From the NCBI GenBank assembly GCA_016748015.1, contig JAAOMT010000786.1:561814-625813 (forward strand): a stretch of 64,000 nucleotides of DNA, given 5' to 3'. Both the position numbers and the translations under genes were made by a program. This document shows positions 14,231 through 28,187 of the stretch, piece by piece (position 1 is the first letter of the stretch; the number at the start of each line of letters is the position of its first letter). Under the pieces are notes generated by a model, which saw only the letters and a program-made list of their open reading frames with translations, had not been told where the DNA came from and did no database searches. The stretch is from Geosiphon pyriformis uo1. Taxonomy: Eukaryota; Fungi; Glomeromycota.

Positions 14231-14290
14231 CTAGAAGATTTAAAAGATTTAAAATATCTTGATGGAACTTAATATTAAAAAAAATAATAT

Positions 14291-15084
14291 TATTACTTAT
14301 AGAAATTAGAAATTATAATAAATAGATAAAATAAACAATCAAAAATAGATATAATAAAAAGAAAAATTCCAAGATTCCTTTCAAGAAATTGCAGGATTCC
14401 AGAATTTTTTTCAAAAAAATTAAAAAATTTCAAGAAATCTTGTATAATACAAATTATATATATATAACAAAAGTATTAGAAGCAAAAAAAACAGACAATT
14501 CAATTCAGAATAATAATACTCCTTCTTTTAAAAAATAGTTTTCTATAACTTAAAGTGAAATTATACTTATATTAATAATACATCTATTATCACTCAAATC
14601 CATATTATCATTATTTGATTAAAAAAATATTAATCTATTTTATACTATCAATACTTTATGTTGATAAAATTCAATATTTAACTATACTAAACCAATAGTT
14701 TTTGATTATAGTTATTGACAAAATACTAATTTTTTATTTTTTTTCTTATTTTTTTTATTTTGTTTTCTTTGTTGTTTACTAATTAATTAAGAAATTAAGT
14801 GCTAAATAATTAACATCAAAAATAGCCTGATAAAAAATCTGAAAACAAAGATAAAAATTTAAAAATAGCTTACCAAAAAAGCACAACTGTTAGAATAAAC
14901 TAGTCATTACATTAAAAAAAATTCACAGAATAAAACCATTAATTAAATCTTTGTCTATTATATAAAAAACTCAACCAAAATTTTTAGACTTCAAAACCTT
15001 CAAAATTACCAACATTCCCAGCTATTGAACATCAAATTACAAGTTTGTTATTTGTTTTAATACTCCAAATAATTATCTGTAATA
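14291..15084 (+). repeat. 3' LTR
   Basis: Matches the 5' LTR and is followed by TSD GTAT. Confidence 0.88.
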
Positions 15085-16004
15085 GTATTAAGTATAATAA
15101 GCAAATTTTTTTCAACTTTGTGACTTTTGCACATATTGTTTAATATTAAAAAAGTAACTAAAACAACTAAAAAACTAATAAGTTCAATAATAAATTTTAC
15201 TAAAACAATCAAACTTAAAATCTAAAATTCTAAAAAATTCAATCTAGACTTAATGACAAAATCAATAATAAAAATAGCCAAAAAAACAATAAAAAAAAAT
15301 TAAAAAAGCAGAAACTATAGCATAAGATATGTTATTAATAACAGAAAACATAAAAAACCAAGAGTTAACAACTGATTTTAAAGACAACTTGAAAAAAAAA
15401 GAGAAAACATCTTATAATTAACAAACAAATGATTTAAATTTTAATATAATAGTAATAGCATTTAACAGTTTCTTATTAAATACAATATTTGTGTAAAGTA
15501 TTAGTTTTTTTTATATTAAGCTTTAATATTTTTTTCTATTTAAAAGTAACAACAGCAAATGGTTAATAACAATAAGAATTTAGAAAATAAAAAATAAAAC
15601 AAGTATGGCTACTAATTTAAAAAATTATATTACTAATTTTAAAAGCAGTATAGATAAAAAAAAAATTAACCAATTTGGTCTTAAAAATTTTTTTTGAGAT
15701 AATAACTTTTTTTTAATTAAGAAAAAAAAAATTCAAATACTATTTTTTTTAATCTGTACAAATTAGTTATTAAAAGCAGCAGTAACAAATAAAAAGTTCT
15801 TAAAATTAATAATAATATATTATTATAAACCAGTAAGTTTTAATTTAACAAAAATAACAATACCAAAAACACTAAAAATATTTTTAATATTATTAAAAAA
15901 TATATTAAGAAAAACATTATAAAATATAATAAAAATAAAAAAAAAGACCAGAAGCTACTACAAAAAATTTTGCAATCTTAAATATAAACAAAAAAAATAA
16001 CCAC

Positions 16005-16979
16005 TGTTACTCATAGAAAATACAAAAAAAAAAGCTGAAAAAACAGATAAAAAAATAGACTAATAGAAGAATAATACTTAATATATAAGCACAATAATAT
16101 ATTGCTCAGCAATATGCATATTGTTAGCAAATTATGACACACTGCTTAGCAATGTAAACAATGTTAGTAAATTATGGCACACTGCTCAACAATGTAAACA
16201 ATATTAATAAATTAAAACATATTACTCAAGAAAATATGAAATTTCATAGAACAAAAAATATGTATATATAGTAAGAGTATTAGAAACAGAAAAAACAGAA
16301 TTTATCCAAGAATTCAGTTCAGAATCAATACTCACAACTCATTAATTATTTTATATTTCTCTCTTTAAAAAGTAGTTTTCTATAACTTGAAACAGAATCA
16401 AATTATATATTAATAAAATATTAATTATTACTTAAGTCTATATTATTATTGCTTGATTAAAGAAATATTAAACACTTCTACTTTATCAACACTTTATGTT
16501 GATAGAATCTAATACTTAATTCTATTAAACCAATAACTTTTAATCATAGCTATTAACAGAATACTAATTTCTTAAATTTTTTAATTTTTTTTTATTTTTT
16601 TATCTTTTTTTACTTTCTTTTGTTTGTTTTGTTGATTTACTAACTGATTAAAAAAAATTAAGCATTGAGTATTTTAATATTAAAGATAGCTTGATAAAAG
16701 ACCCAGAAATAAGTGTATAGAATTCGAAAATTAAAGATAGCTTATTAGAAGGGCATAACTGTTAAAATAAACCAGCCATTACACTAAAAAAAAATTGATG
16801 GAATAACTATTCTGAAAGACTACTAAAACAACTATTGAATTTTTGTTCATTATACAAAAAACTCCATTAAAATCTTCAGATCATAAAAATCTTCAGATAT
16901 TATCAATACCACTCAACTATTAAACACCAAGTTATAAGTTAGTTATTTATACCAACACTCCAAATAATCACCTGTAATA
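16005..16979 (+). mobile_element. Solo LTR (long subfamily with internal 40-bp tandem repeat)
   Basis: TGTTAC...GTAATA ends; TSD CCAC (16001-16004) / TTAC (16980-16983); 3' part homologous to the other LTRs. Confidence 0.85.
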
Positions 16980-17901
16980 TTACTAATAGAAATTTTAATA
17001 ACAATAACCAAAAAAGCTTTAAAAACAAAATTTATATAGAACAACTTAATATTATTTTTGGAAACCAACTTAAATCTAACAAAGCCAGACAATAAATAAA
17101 ACAAAAAATTAACTAAGACCAACTTGATCTTAAAAATAAAGCCAAATATCAAAAACTATTTATTTAAAAAATTTTTAATAACTAAAAATTATTTTTCAGA
17201 CATTATCAAAAACAGTACCAAAAACAAAAAAAAAGAAATTAATTTAATTTCTATTTAATTAGTTCAATTTTTAAAATCAGATAATTTAATAAATTGTTTT
17301 GTTTTTAGAACTAACAATAATTTGCTAAAAGACACTATATTTGACAACACAATTAGTAGTTAATTTTAGTTTATTTTAAGAAACATATTATTATTAAAAA
17401 CTTTTAGGCTTTTGGAAAAAATAAAAATAATACTAGAACTAACTTGAATGTGTTTTTTAAAAAAACTTTAACTGATAAAAAATCACTAATTAAAAATAAA
17501 AAAAATGCTTTAAAAGCTGTCAAAATAACAGATATTAAGAATTTTTTTATTAACAAAAAGTATATTTAAGCCAAATTTTCTTAAAATGCACTTAAACATT
17601 AAATTTTTTTCAAATATAATGCTCAAAAAAATATTGTTAAATAAATAGTTTTCTTATTTAGTTTTAGTAATTTTGTAGCTTATAATTGATTATTAAACAC
17701 AGTTTAATTTTATGACTAAAAGTATATATCAGAAATAAGATATTATAATTAAAGAAGACTTTGATTTAAGACTAATTTGCCAAAAGACTTTACATTATCT
17801 ATTTTTATATAGATTGAAATTTTTTGAACAAATACAAGCAGAAAGCAAAATAGTTTTGGTAATTAAGTTCTTTAATATAGTAAAAATTCTTAGTTATTTA
17901 T

Positions 17902-18676
17902 TATTACTTATAAAAATTTAGGAATTCTTAATAAGAATATAAAGTAGTCAATTAGAAATAGGTATAGTAAAAGAAAAATTTTAGAATTCTAAGAATTTTA
18001 GGATTCTCGGCTAGAAAAATTAAAGAAATCCAAAAAATTTTATATAATAGTAATTATGTATATATAACAAAAGTATTAAAAGCAAAAAAAAGAAGAATCA
18101 AATCTAATTTTCAATTAATTATTCAATATCCCTTTCTTTAAAAGATAGAATCAAATTACATATCAATAAAATATCAATTATTATTTCAATTTATATTATT
18201 ACTATTTGATTAAAAGAAATTATAACCATTTTTATTTTATCAATACTCTATATTAATAAAATTCAATACTTAACTACACTAGACCAATAGCTTTTGATTA
18301 TGGCTATTAACAAAATATTAATTTCTTATTTTTTTTATTTTTTTTATTTTGTTTGTTGTTACTAATTGATTAAAAAATTAATACATGAAATTATTGACAT
18401 TAAAAAAAACTGGTAAAAGACTCAGAAACAAGGGTAAAAACTCAGAATTAAAAATAGCTTATCAAAAAAAACTGGCCATTAAGCTAAGAAAAAATTTACA
18501 AAATAAGCTTTTAAAAGGATACTGAACAACCATTGAATCTTTGTTTATTATACAAAAGACTCAACCAAAACTTTTAGATTACAAAAACATTTAGAATTAC
18601 CAACAGCACCAAGTTATTAAGCACTAAGTTATGAGTTTGTTATTTATATCAACACTTCAAATAATCATTTGTAATA
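17902..18676 (+). mobile_element. Solo LTR inserted in LINE ORF2
   Basis: TATTAC...GTAATA ends; TSD TTAT/CTGT; removing it restores the LINE codons (GHL-FE). Confidence 0.85.
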
Positions 18677-19935
18677 CTGTTTAAATACTGTTTTTTGAAT
18701 TTGCAAATTGCAAGCTGGATATTAATAAACTTATTGTAATATCTAATCATATTAAAAGTTAGCTCTATAAATAATTTTTTTGTAAACATAGTAAAAATAT
18801 TTTTAAACAACAAGATTTCTTTGGCAAATAATTTGCTTAATGTTTTTTGTTTTTTTGGCTGGTTTTTGATGTTTAAAATTTTGGGTAATTTTTATTATTT
18901 TGGTGTGGTTTATTCTTTAAAGTGTTTTAAAATTGTTTTATAAAACAGATTGTTAAATAAACATAGATTGGTGATAAATTAAAAGACTTTTCATTGTTAA
19001 AAAAAATTGAGTTTTAAAGATCTAATACTATTGTGATTTGTAAAAATTTTAATCTATATAAATAATTCCTCTGTTAAAACTAATAAAATTATTTTTAGTT
19101 TGGTTGTTTAAATTTTTTGTGCTTGAAAAATTTTTCGAATATTTGGAAATATTTGCACAAACTATGAACTAAAGTAATTAATATTTATATTAATAGTTTT
19201 TTGAAAAAATTGGAAACAGCAAAGATGACTGATAGAAAAGTGGCTTATTTTTTTAATATTAAAATAAAAATAGGTATTAAAGTTTACAAATTGTTGTTTT
19301 TAATAATAATAAAACTATAGACAATTGTTTTGGCTTTGAAATATATTCTTTTGTCTTGTTTAATAGTTTTGTAAACAAATAGTTAAGCTATTATAAATGC
19401 ATATAATTTGGAGTTCAAGCAGTATTTATCAGATTTTTAGAATAAATATTGAATAAAAAGCATTATGTAACTAATTTAATTAGATTTAAGAATATTTTAA
19501 TGTAATAAGTAAAAATCAAAAAACATTTAAAAAATATTAGCAATAATTGGACAAATATTCTTGCTGGTATTATGATATAATCTCATATAATTTTTCTTAT
19601 TAGTGTTCACAAAAGATTTATTATGGCTAATAATTTGGTTATTTTGGACAATATTTGTTATTTTGTTTATAATATTTATTAGATTATTTATTATACTCAA
19701 TAAAAAGTGAATTTAGATTTAAGTATTATTAATAAATTATTTATTTATAAGATAAATTGGGCTTGTACTGTTAAAGTTTGGCATCCAAATTTTTATATGC
19801 TTTCTAGATTTATAAATAAAGCTTTAATAACTCTATATATATATTTGATAAAAGCAGTTTATAAAAAATTGTCAATTGTGATTAAAAAAAACTGTATAAC
19901 AAAGATTATTCAAATGTTTTCTACTTGTTATATAG

Positions 19936-20830
19936 TGTTACAGATAATTATTTAGGATGTTAAAACAAATAACAAACCTGTACCTTGGTGCTTAATAGCT
20001 GTTGATGATAATAGTTTTTGAAGATTTTGAAGTCTAAAAATTTTGGTTAAGTTCTTTGTATAATGAACAAAAATTTAATTAATAGTTTTTTTTGGTAAAA
20101 TTTTTTTTTAGTGTGATAACTGGTTTATTTTGACAGTTGTGCTCTTTTAATAAGCATTTTTAAGTTTTTTATTCTTGTTTTCAGATTTTTTACCAAATTA
20201 TCTTTGATATTAATTACTTAATACTTAATTTTTTTAAGTAATTAATAAACAATAAAAAAAACAAAACCAAAGAAAATAAAAGAAAATAAAAAAATGAAAT
20301 AAAAAATTAGTATTTCATTAATAAGCATAATTAAAAACTATTGGTTTAGTATAATTAAGTATCAAATTTTATTAATATATTTGTTAATAGTATAAAAGTA
20401 ATTAATATTTCTTAATTAAGCAATAATAATATAAATTTGAATAATAATAAATAATTTTATTGATAGGTATAATTTCACTTTAAGTTAATAAAAACTATTT
20501 TTTGAAAAATAAGGTATTAAGTAATTATTAATCTCTAGCTACTGTTTTTCTATTTGAATCTGTCTTTTTTGCTTTAAATACTCTTATTATATATATATAA
20601 TTCTTGTTATATAAGATTTCATACATTTCTGAACAATATGCTATGATTTTCTAATAATATATTTATTATTAAACAATATGTCATAATTTTTTAACAATGT
20701 GCTTATTGTTAAACAATATGTCCTAATTTTCTGAAAATATACTTATTTATTGAGTATTATTCTTTTATTAATTTATTTTTATTATTTGTTTTTTTTACTT
20801 CTTTCTTGTACTTTTTTTTTATAGGTAACA
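19936..20830 (-). mobile_element. Solo LTR, inverted, inserted in the LINE zinc-finger codons
   Basis: Intact TGTTAC...GTAACA ends; TSD ATAG/GTAA, both derivable from the GTGG of TGT GGT; reverse-complement homology to the other LTRs. Confidence 0.85.
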
Positions 20831-22669
20831 GTAATAATATTGAACTGTTAAATCATGTTTTTACTTGTTTAAAAAATATTTTTATATGCTTTAAAATTTT
20901 ATTAAATTGTGTTAAATTGTAAAAGTCTGTAATAAAAGCTTGTTTTTAATGTTTTTGGTGCTTCAGATTCTTTTATAATATATTTTGAATATAAATATCT
21001 ATACAATTTTATGCAAAAGTTTTGTTTTCAAAAATTGAATTAATAAAATAGTATTGGTTTTTGGTAATAAAAAAGAAATAATTTTAATAATAATTAATTT
21101 TGTCCACTATTTATCTAAAAAACACTATAATGTATTATGATTATTTAAATCCAAATTTAGAATAAATATAAAAAAAATAGCTTGATTAATAACACAAAAA
21201 TTTTATTAGATAATATATATAGATTGTTTAATATTTTATTAAAAAAAGTGGTTTATTTGCTTAGTGTTGTTGAATTATTTGCTATTAGTTTTAATTTGTG
21301 TAGAATTTTTTTGTTTTTTTCAGATTTAGATAATAGTATAAGTATTTATATAAGTGTATAATATTGTTATAATTGGTCTAAGTGATTGATCATATATAAT
21401 AAATACATAAATCATATTTAGTTGAGATTATTTAGTTTGTTTTTATATATTAAATAGTAGTTAAGTTATACTTATTAAATAATAATAAATAAAATAAAAT
21501 TTGGCTTAAATATTTTATAAAATTATATTATTTATAATTTTAAAAATAATTTTATTTTTATTAAAATTAAGTTGGTTTTTTTAATATAATATTTTTATAT
21601 ATATTTAATATCTAACTTTTTATTAATATTCTTATAAAAACTGTTTATTTTATTATTTTACAATACAAAATTTTTAAAAAACACATTAGATTTATTTATT
21701 TTTTTATTTAAATTATTAATAAATATTTTTAATACAAATATATTAATATTTAACTTTCTGGTTTTTTTGTTAAATTTGTTAAATTTAAAATTTAATATAT
21801 ATTTTTTTTATATTAAAATAGGTTTATTTTTACTTTTATTTTTAGTTATATTTATAATAATTATGTTTGTTCTATTTAACTTTATAAATAAAAAAAACCA
21901 AATAAAAAATTTTTTTTTGCTTTTTTTATAATTTAAAATAAATATATAAAACAATAATATATGCTAAATTAATAAAAAATAATATTTTTTAAAAGTTTTA
22001 AAAATTTTAAAATAATTAAAATTTGATAAATTAATAATTAAACTTGTTAAATTGGTTAAAAAAGCAACAAAAATCAGTTAAATAATTTATTTTAATTATA
22101 ATAACACAATACAAAAATTACATAAATAATATATTTAAATTAATCAAAATAAAAGTTTTTAAATAAACCAAAAAACTGTTTTTTTATAATACAATCTTTT
22201 TTAAATTATAAATTAATTTGTATTTATGTTTATATTATATAAAAAATTATTATTATTTAATTTTAATGTTATACAAATTTTATTAATATTTTATTAAATT
22301 AATAAAACATTATAATTATGTTATTTTCGAATTTAAAATTATATTAATATTAAAATATTATTTTTAATATTTAATATTTAATTATTTTAAATTATTTCAG
22401 TATTTTTTAAGTTGATTATATAAGTTTGATAATTTGTTATTTTTTCTTAATTTTAACAAATTTTTCCAGTTTACAATTTACATATTTACAAATTATTTAT
22501 TTTTTAAATTACTTAGTTTTTAAGCTATTAATTAATTTTATTTAAGATAAACCTTTTACTGAAATTAATTCAGATGAATATAATTTGCCTTTAAGTATAT
22601 CAATTTTATAAAAAATATAATTATTTTTCTACCACCTTTTTGGGTTTTGGAATTTTTAATAATAAAATT

Positions 22670-22906
22670 ATGGAAATTGATAAAGATGAATGACTGAATT
22701 TATTCTACTTTGATTTAACTTTTATCTTAAAATTTATTTCAACTATTACCATTAAACCTGTTAAATCTGTTAAATTAACAAAGAAAAGCGAAGAAAATTT
22801 CCAACCAATTGAATTAACCTTTATAGTAAAGCCCGATGATTTAGAGAGCGCTCGAAGAATTCGAGAGCTTGAAGGGATAGAACAGAATACTCGATTAAAA
22901 AAGTAA
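22670..22906 (+). pseudogene. 3' remnant of a protein-coding gene fading into the AT-rich island
   Basis: Single frame MEIDKDE*LNLFYF...ENFQPIELTFIVKPDDLESARRIRELEGIEQNTRLKK* with one TGA; CpG and gene-like composition recover toward the 3' end. Confidence 0.4.
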
Positions 22907-23591
22907 ATTCGCCATATTTCATCGAACAACCATCTCGGTGTGGCTTTACTTTTTTAGTTACAAAGTATTTAAGCCATTATTGACGACCTATACCAAAACA
23001 TTGATTGGTGTCTCTAGAAATATTAAAATTTCCAAAATACCACCGAGTATTACCATCCACAATTTTCACGACATGCTGTCATTTTCAATGCTAAAAATTT
23101 TAAAGTTTGTGAAACTGAAGAAGGAAAATTTTCAAGCACCGAGTTTCAAGTGATGAGTTTAACAATAATGATAGGACTTAATCAAACTAACACAACGATG
23201 TATGACGAATTTACGCGTTCCAAGATCACTGCTTGAAAAAAATGTATAAATGCATTTATACAAATTATTTCTAGCAAGCCTGTGTAGCTTACCACTTTGA
23301 AAAATATAATTTGTCACCGTCAACACTAATTTCTAGTGTTAATTTTTTTTCCTCCTTCCTCCTTCCTATCTCCGCCTCCTCTTCCTTCTACTTCTCCTCC
23401 TCCTCCTCTTATACTCCTTTGGACTTTCATGAAGGATAACTTATTCTAGCTACGGTTTCGGTCGAGTCACCCTAATATAAGTCCGTTCGTGGCGGAATTG
23501 TAAAGCTGGCCTGGCTATACTCCCTTCCCCCCCGCTTACCTTCTTTGCTTAACCTTTCCGCTGCTGCGGAAAAAACGACTTCACACAGTCG

Positions 23592-25733
23592 ATGAAACTT
23601 TTACAATTTTGTTTCATCGCTAGCTTGTTTGGGCTATTGGTGGCTAACAATAGTAAGTTTTTTAAAAGGGAAAAGAGCTTGATTTTCTTTGAAGTCTTAC
23701 CTTTTCTGTCGCTACTTTAGCATTTGCCCATGCTAATGATAGGCCAAAGCCTTCCACCGCGGCTGGCTTACAGAATGGGAAACGAACAACGAACCGAATA
23801 CAACGGAAAATTGCCATGTTTGGTAAATTTTATTGAAATGTTGATACATCCCTTATTCGGATATTTGGTTTCTTTATAACATCCTAAACTTCTCGGTAAT
23901 CTTTTAGTTCAACAAGCCAAGCTAAATGGGCCCAAAAAGAATATCAAAAGGCCCTCTCAAGCACAAGGTGTGTTACTATTCTTTATAAAACTATATTCAT
24001 GGAAAAGATTAACTTGAACCATTTCTTTCTTTCTTTATTATACTTTGATAGAATATCAGAATTCACAGCATAGTTCTTCAAAAATCAAATCAAATAATGG
24101 CTCGGCTGGATCGAGTGCATCAAAAGTACAAAACGCAGCCTCCATTAGTTGTAACAGTACTATCGATAAATCAAAAACATCTAATGGCAAAAAATCTTTT
24201 CAAACTCTTCAACTCAATCCTCCCGACTTATCAATTCCGAAATCAATTAATTCAGCTTCACTTACGTTAACTAGTGAAACCATTGCCGTTAGCATCAAGA
24301 TAAATGCGACAGTCACTATATCACCCACTAGATCACGACCACCCCTCAGTCAAAGTTTAACTGTGACACACACTCCTGAAACTTCCATATCTCAGACAAT
24401 ATCTAATCGATCTCGACCTCCACTTCCGACGATTTCTATTAATTCGAGTTCCCCTTCCAAAACTGACACTCATGGTGTTATAACTGTTAGAGGTGTAGTT
24501 AAAATCGGGGCCCCTAAAATCAAAAATGCCAAGGAAAATGACAATGGCAATAATGGTAATAACGGCAACGGAAACAATGGAAATAACGGAAAAAATGAAA
24601 ATAACGGCAACGGAAACAATGGAAATAACGGGAAAAATGAAAATAACGGCAACGGAAACAATGGAAATAACGGGAAAAATGAAAATAACGGCAACGGAAA
24701 CAATGGAAATAATGGAAACTATGGAAATAACGGTAGCAATGGAAGTAGTGGGGGAAATAATGGAAATAACGGCAACAATGGAAGTAGTGGGGGAAATAAT
24801 GGAAATAACGGCAACAATGGAAGTAGTGGGGGAAATAATGGAAATAACGGTAGCAATGGAAGTAGTGGGGGAAATAATGGAAATAACGGCAGCAATGGAA
24901 GTAGTGGGGGAAATAATGGAAATAATCCGGCTAATATTGGCGGGAATAATTCCACTAATGGTACCAATACCGGGAATAATAGTGGATCGAATGGAAACGC
25001 TGGTAGTAATAGTAGAAACAATATTAACAATGGTAATTCTAGTGGCAAAGATTTAATAAATACAATCAATACTGGAAATAATAGTAATGAAAATAATCGT
25101 AGTAGTAATGGAAATAATGAAAATAATGGGAACGGTAATAAAGAAAGTAATAGCAATGGGCATAACGAGAATAGCGGAAATAATGAGAACACTAATGATA
25201 GCAATTCAGTAAACACTAGCAATAACAATCAACAATCTTCGTCAGATCTCACTTCTACCTCCACCGACACTTTCACCTCCACCTCCACCGATACTTCCTC
25301 GAACTCAAAAAACACTCCTCACGATTCTCATGATCCATTATCTGCAAATAACAATTTACCTGACCTGATGGATCCTGCGACCCAAAGTTCATCAAATAAG
25401 TTGGGTTTGTTAATCGGTGGGATTTTTGGTGGAATAGCTCTGCTCGTAATTATTGGTTTACTTGTGGTTGCACGTCGATTATCATCCTCACCACAAAATC
25501 CTTATATTCCTGAAGTTTCTTGGCCAGATACACAATTCGCAATGAACCATGGAGGATTTGATGTTGCATCAAAAACCATGCTCCGTCCACAAAGTTTCCT
25601 TGAAGTTGTTAAAAATGTCGTTAGCATGTTGCCTTTGCCTCATGATGCAGCAAATCTAACCGGTGAAAGCAAATTTATTGAGAAGATGGGATCGGATATT
25701 ATTGATCCCGTTAAAATCGATCTCAGCGAATAA
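23592..25733 (+). CDS. Type I membrane glycoprotein (signal peptide, Ser/Thr-rich, Gly/Asn repeats, one TM, cytoplasmic tail); Mid2/mucin-like; exons 23592-23652, 23721-23822, 23908-23967, 24052-25733
   Basis: MKLLQFCFIASLFGLLVANNTFA signal peptide joined by three phase-1 GT-AG introns to the 562-aa ORF; TM segment LGLLIGGIFGGIALLVIIGLLVVA followed by RR. Confidence 0.8.
24545..24925 (+). repeat. Coding tandem repeats: 42-nt unit x3 (KNENNGNGNNGNNG) then 39-nt unit x5 (GSSGGNNGNNGNN/SN)
   Basis: Directly visible in DNA and protein. Confidence 0.9.
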
Positions 25734-26322
25734 TAAAATTTGACTATTTATTTGATTATTTAAATTTCTTGTAATGGGTAAGTTTTGTTTCTATTGTACC
25801 ATAATTCTTTTTTTATTTATATAGAATTGACCTTTGGAAAATACGTGCGGGAGACCGTTTAAATTAAACACGAAACTAATTCTTATTTTGGCAATTTAAT
25901 ATCTTCCCTCAATCTCACCACTTTACATGTTCCACCCATTTGTAGATTTTCTGTAACTAAAACATCATTGTCTCCCTCTGATTATTAGTAAAAAATTGAG
26001 CCGATTGATATGATAGTTTCATAGTATACTAGAGGTGTGAGTGATTGTATAGACATAGAATTGGCTTTGAAGCAGTATTTAGAAAATTCCTTTATCTGGG
26101 GGTTTTTTTTCAATATTAAAAAAATGCAATCAATCTTAGACCCTTTGATGGACAATTCGATGAATGAGAAATTGATGTCGTCATAGGCTTACTGGCCTAT
26201 CAGTTAGTTTCGTATTTATTTATTATCCAGGAATTCAGTAATAGTTGATAAACGTAAAATTTTTTCTGAATTTGCCCCTCGTCCCCGTATTAATTCACGT
26301 ACGTCCTTTCCAACAAGCATCT

Positions 26323-28187
<1,865 letters not shown>

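Larger units (their letters stand above)
9938..15084 (+). mobile_element. Ty3/Gypsy-like LTR retroelement, degraded, non-autonomous (gag, protease, Cys-rich region; no RT/IN seen)
   Basis: Two ~780-790 bp LTRs with TATTAY...GTAATA ends (decayed TGTTAC...GTAACA); 4-bp TSD GTAT at 9934-9937 and 15085-15088; PBS after the 5' LTR; A-rich decayed PPT before the 3' LTR. Confidence 0.85.
9510..17250 (-). mobile_element. Degraded ORF1-only non-autonomous LINE derivative (HAL1-like), interrupted by an LTR element and a solo LTR
   Basis: LINE-family 3' UTR at ~9510-9630 directly follows a frame ending LFLSKFIFNSRNLNNIIKRL...GLA*. 15400-15700 reads as decayed ORF1 (TCFI..NSY...FAVVTF, zinc-knuckle remnant). 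No room for ORF2. Confidence 0.55.
17270..21480 (+). mobile_element. Degraded LINE 3' half (RT C-terminus, RNase H, zinc finger, 3' UTR) carrying two solo LTRs
   Basis: Decayed equivalents of DKQFSYLV..LQPIV.YRTQF (~17640-17715), DINWACTVKVWHP (~19750-19790) and CLLCG..VELSDHVF (split by the LTR at 19936-20830); family 3' UTR at ~21355-21480. Confidence 0.8.

Noticed and set aside
16101-16230. CRISPR-like periodicity
   Set aside because: Contiguous tandem units without unique spacers, inside an LTR of a eukaryote.
8300-22600. Organellar or endobacterial insertion as the source of AT-rich DNA
   Set aside because: The sequence resolves into nested LINE and LTR relics with TSDs.
24470-25228. 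Repetitive alternative-frame ORFs (MEITATMEVVGEI..., LFPLFPPLL...)
   Set aside because: Shadows of the Gly/Asn coding repeat.
26271-26279. TTTGCCCCT as an Rpn4/PACE-like site upstream of RPT6
   Set aside because: Mismatched to TTTGCCACC and too short to distinguish from chance.
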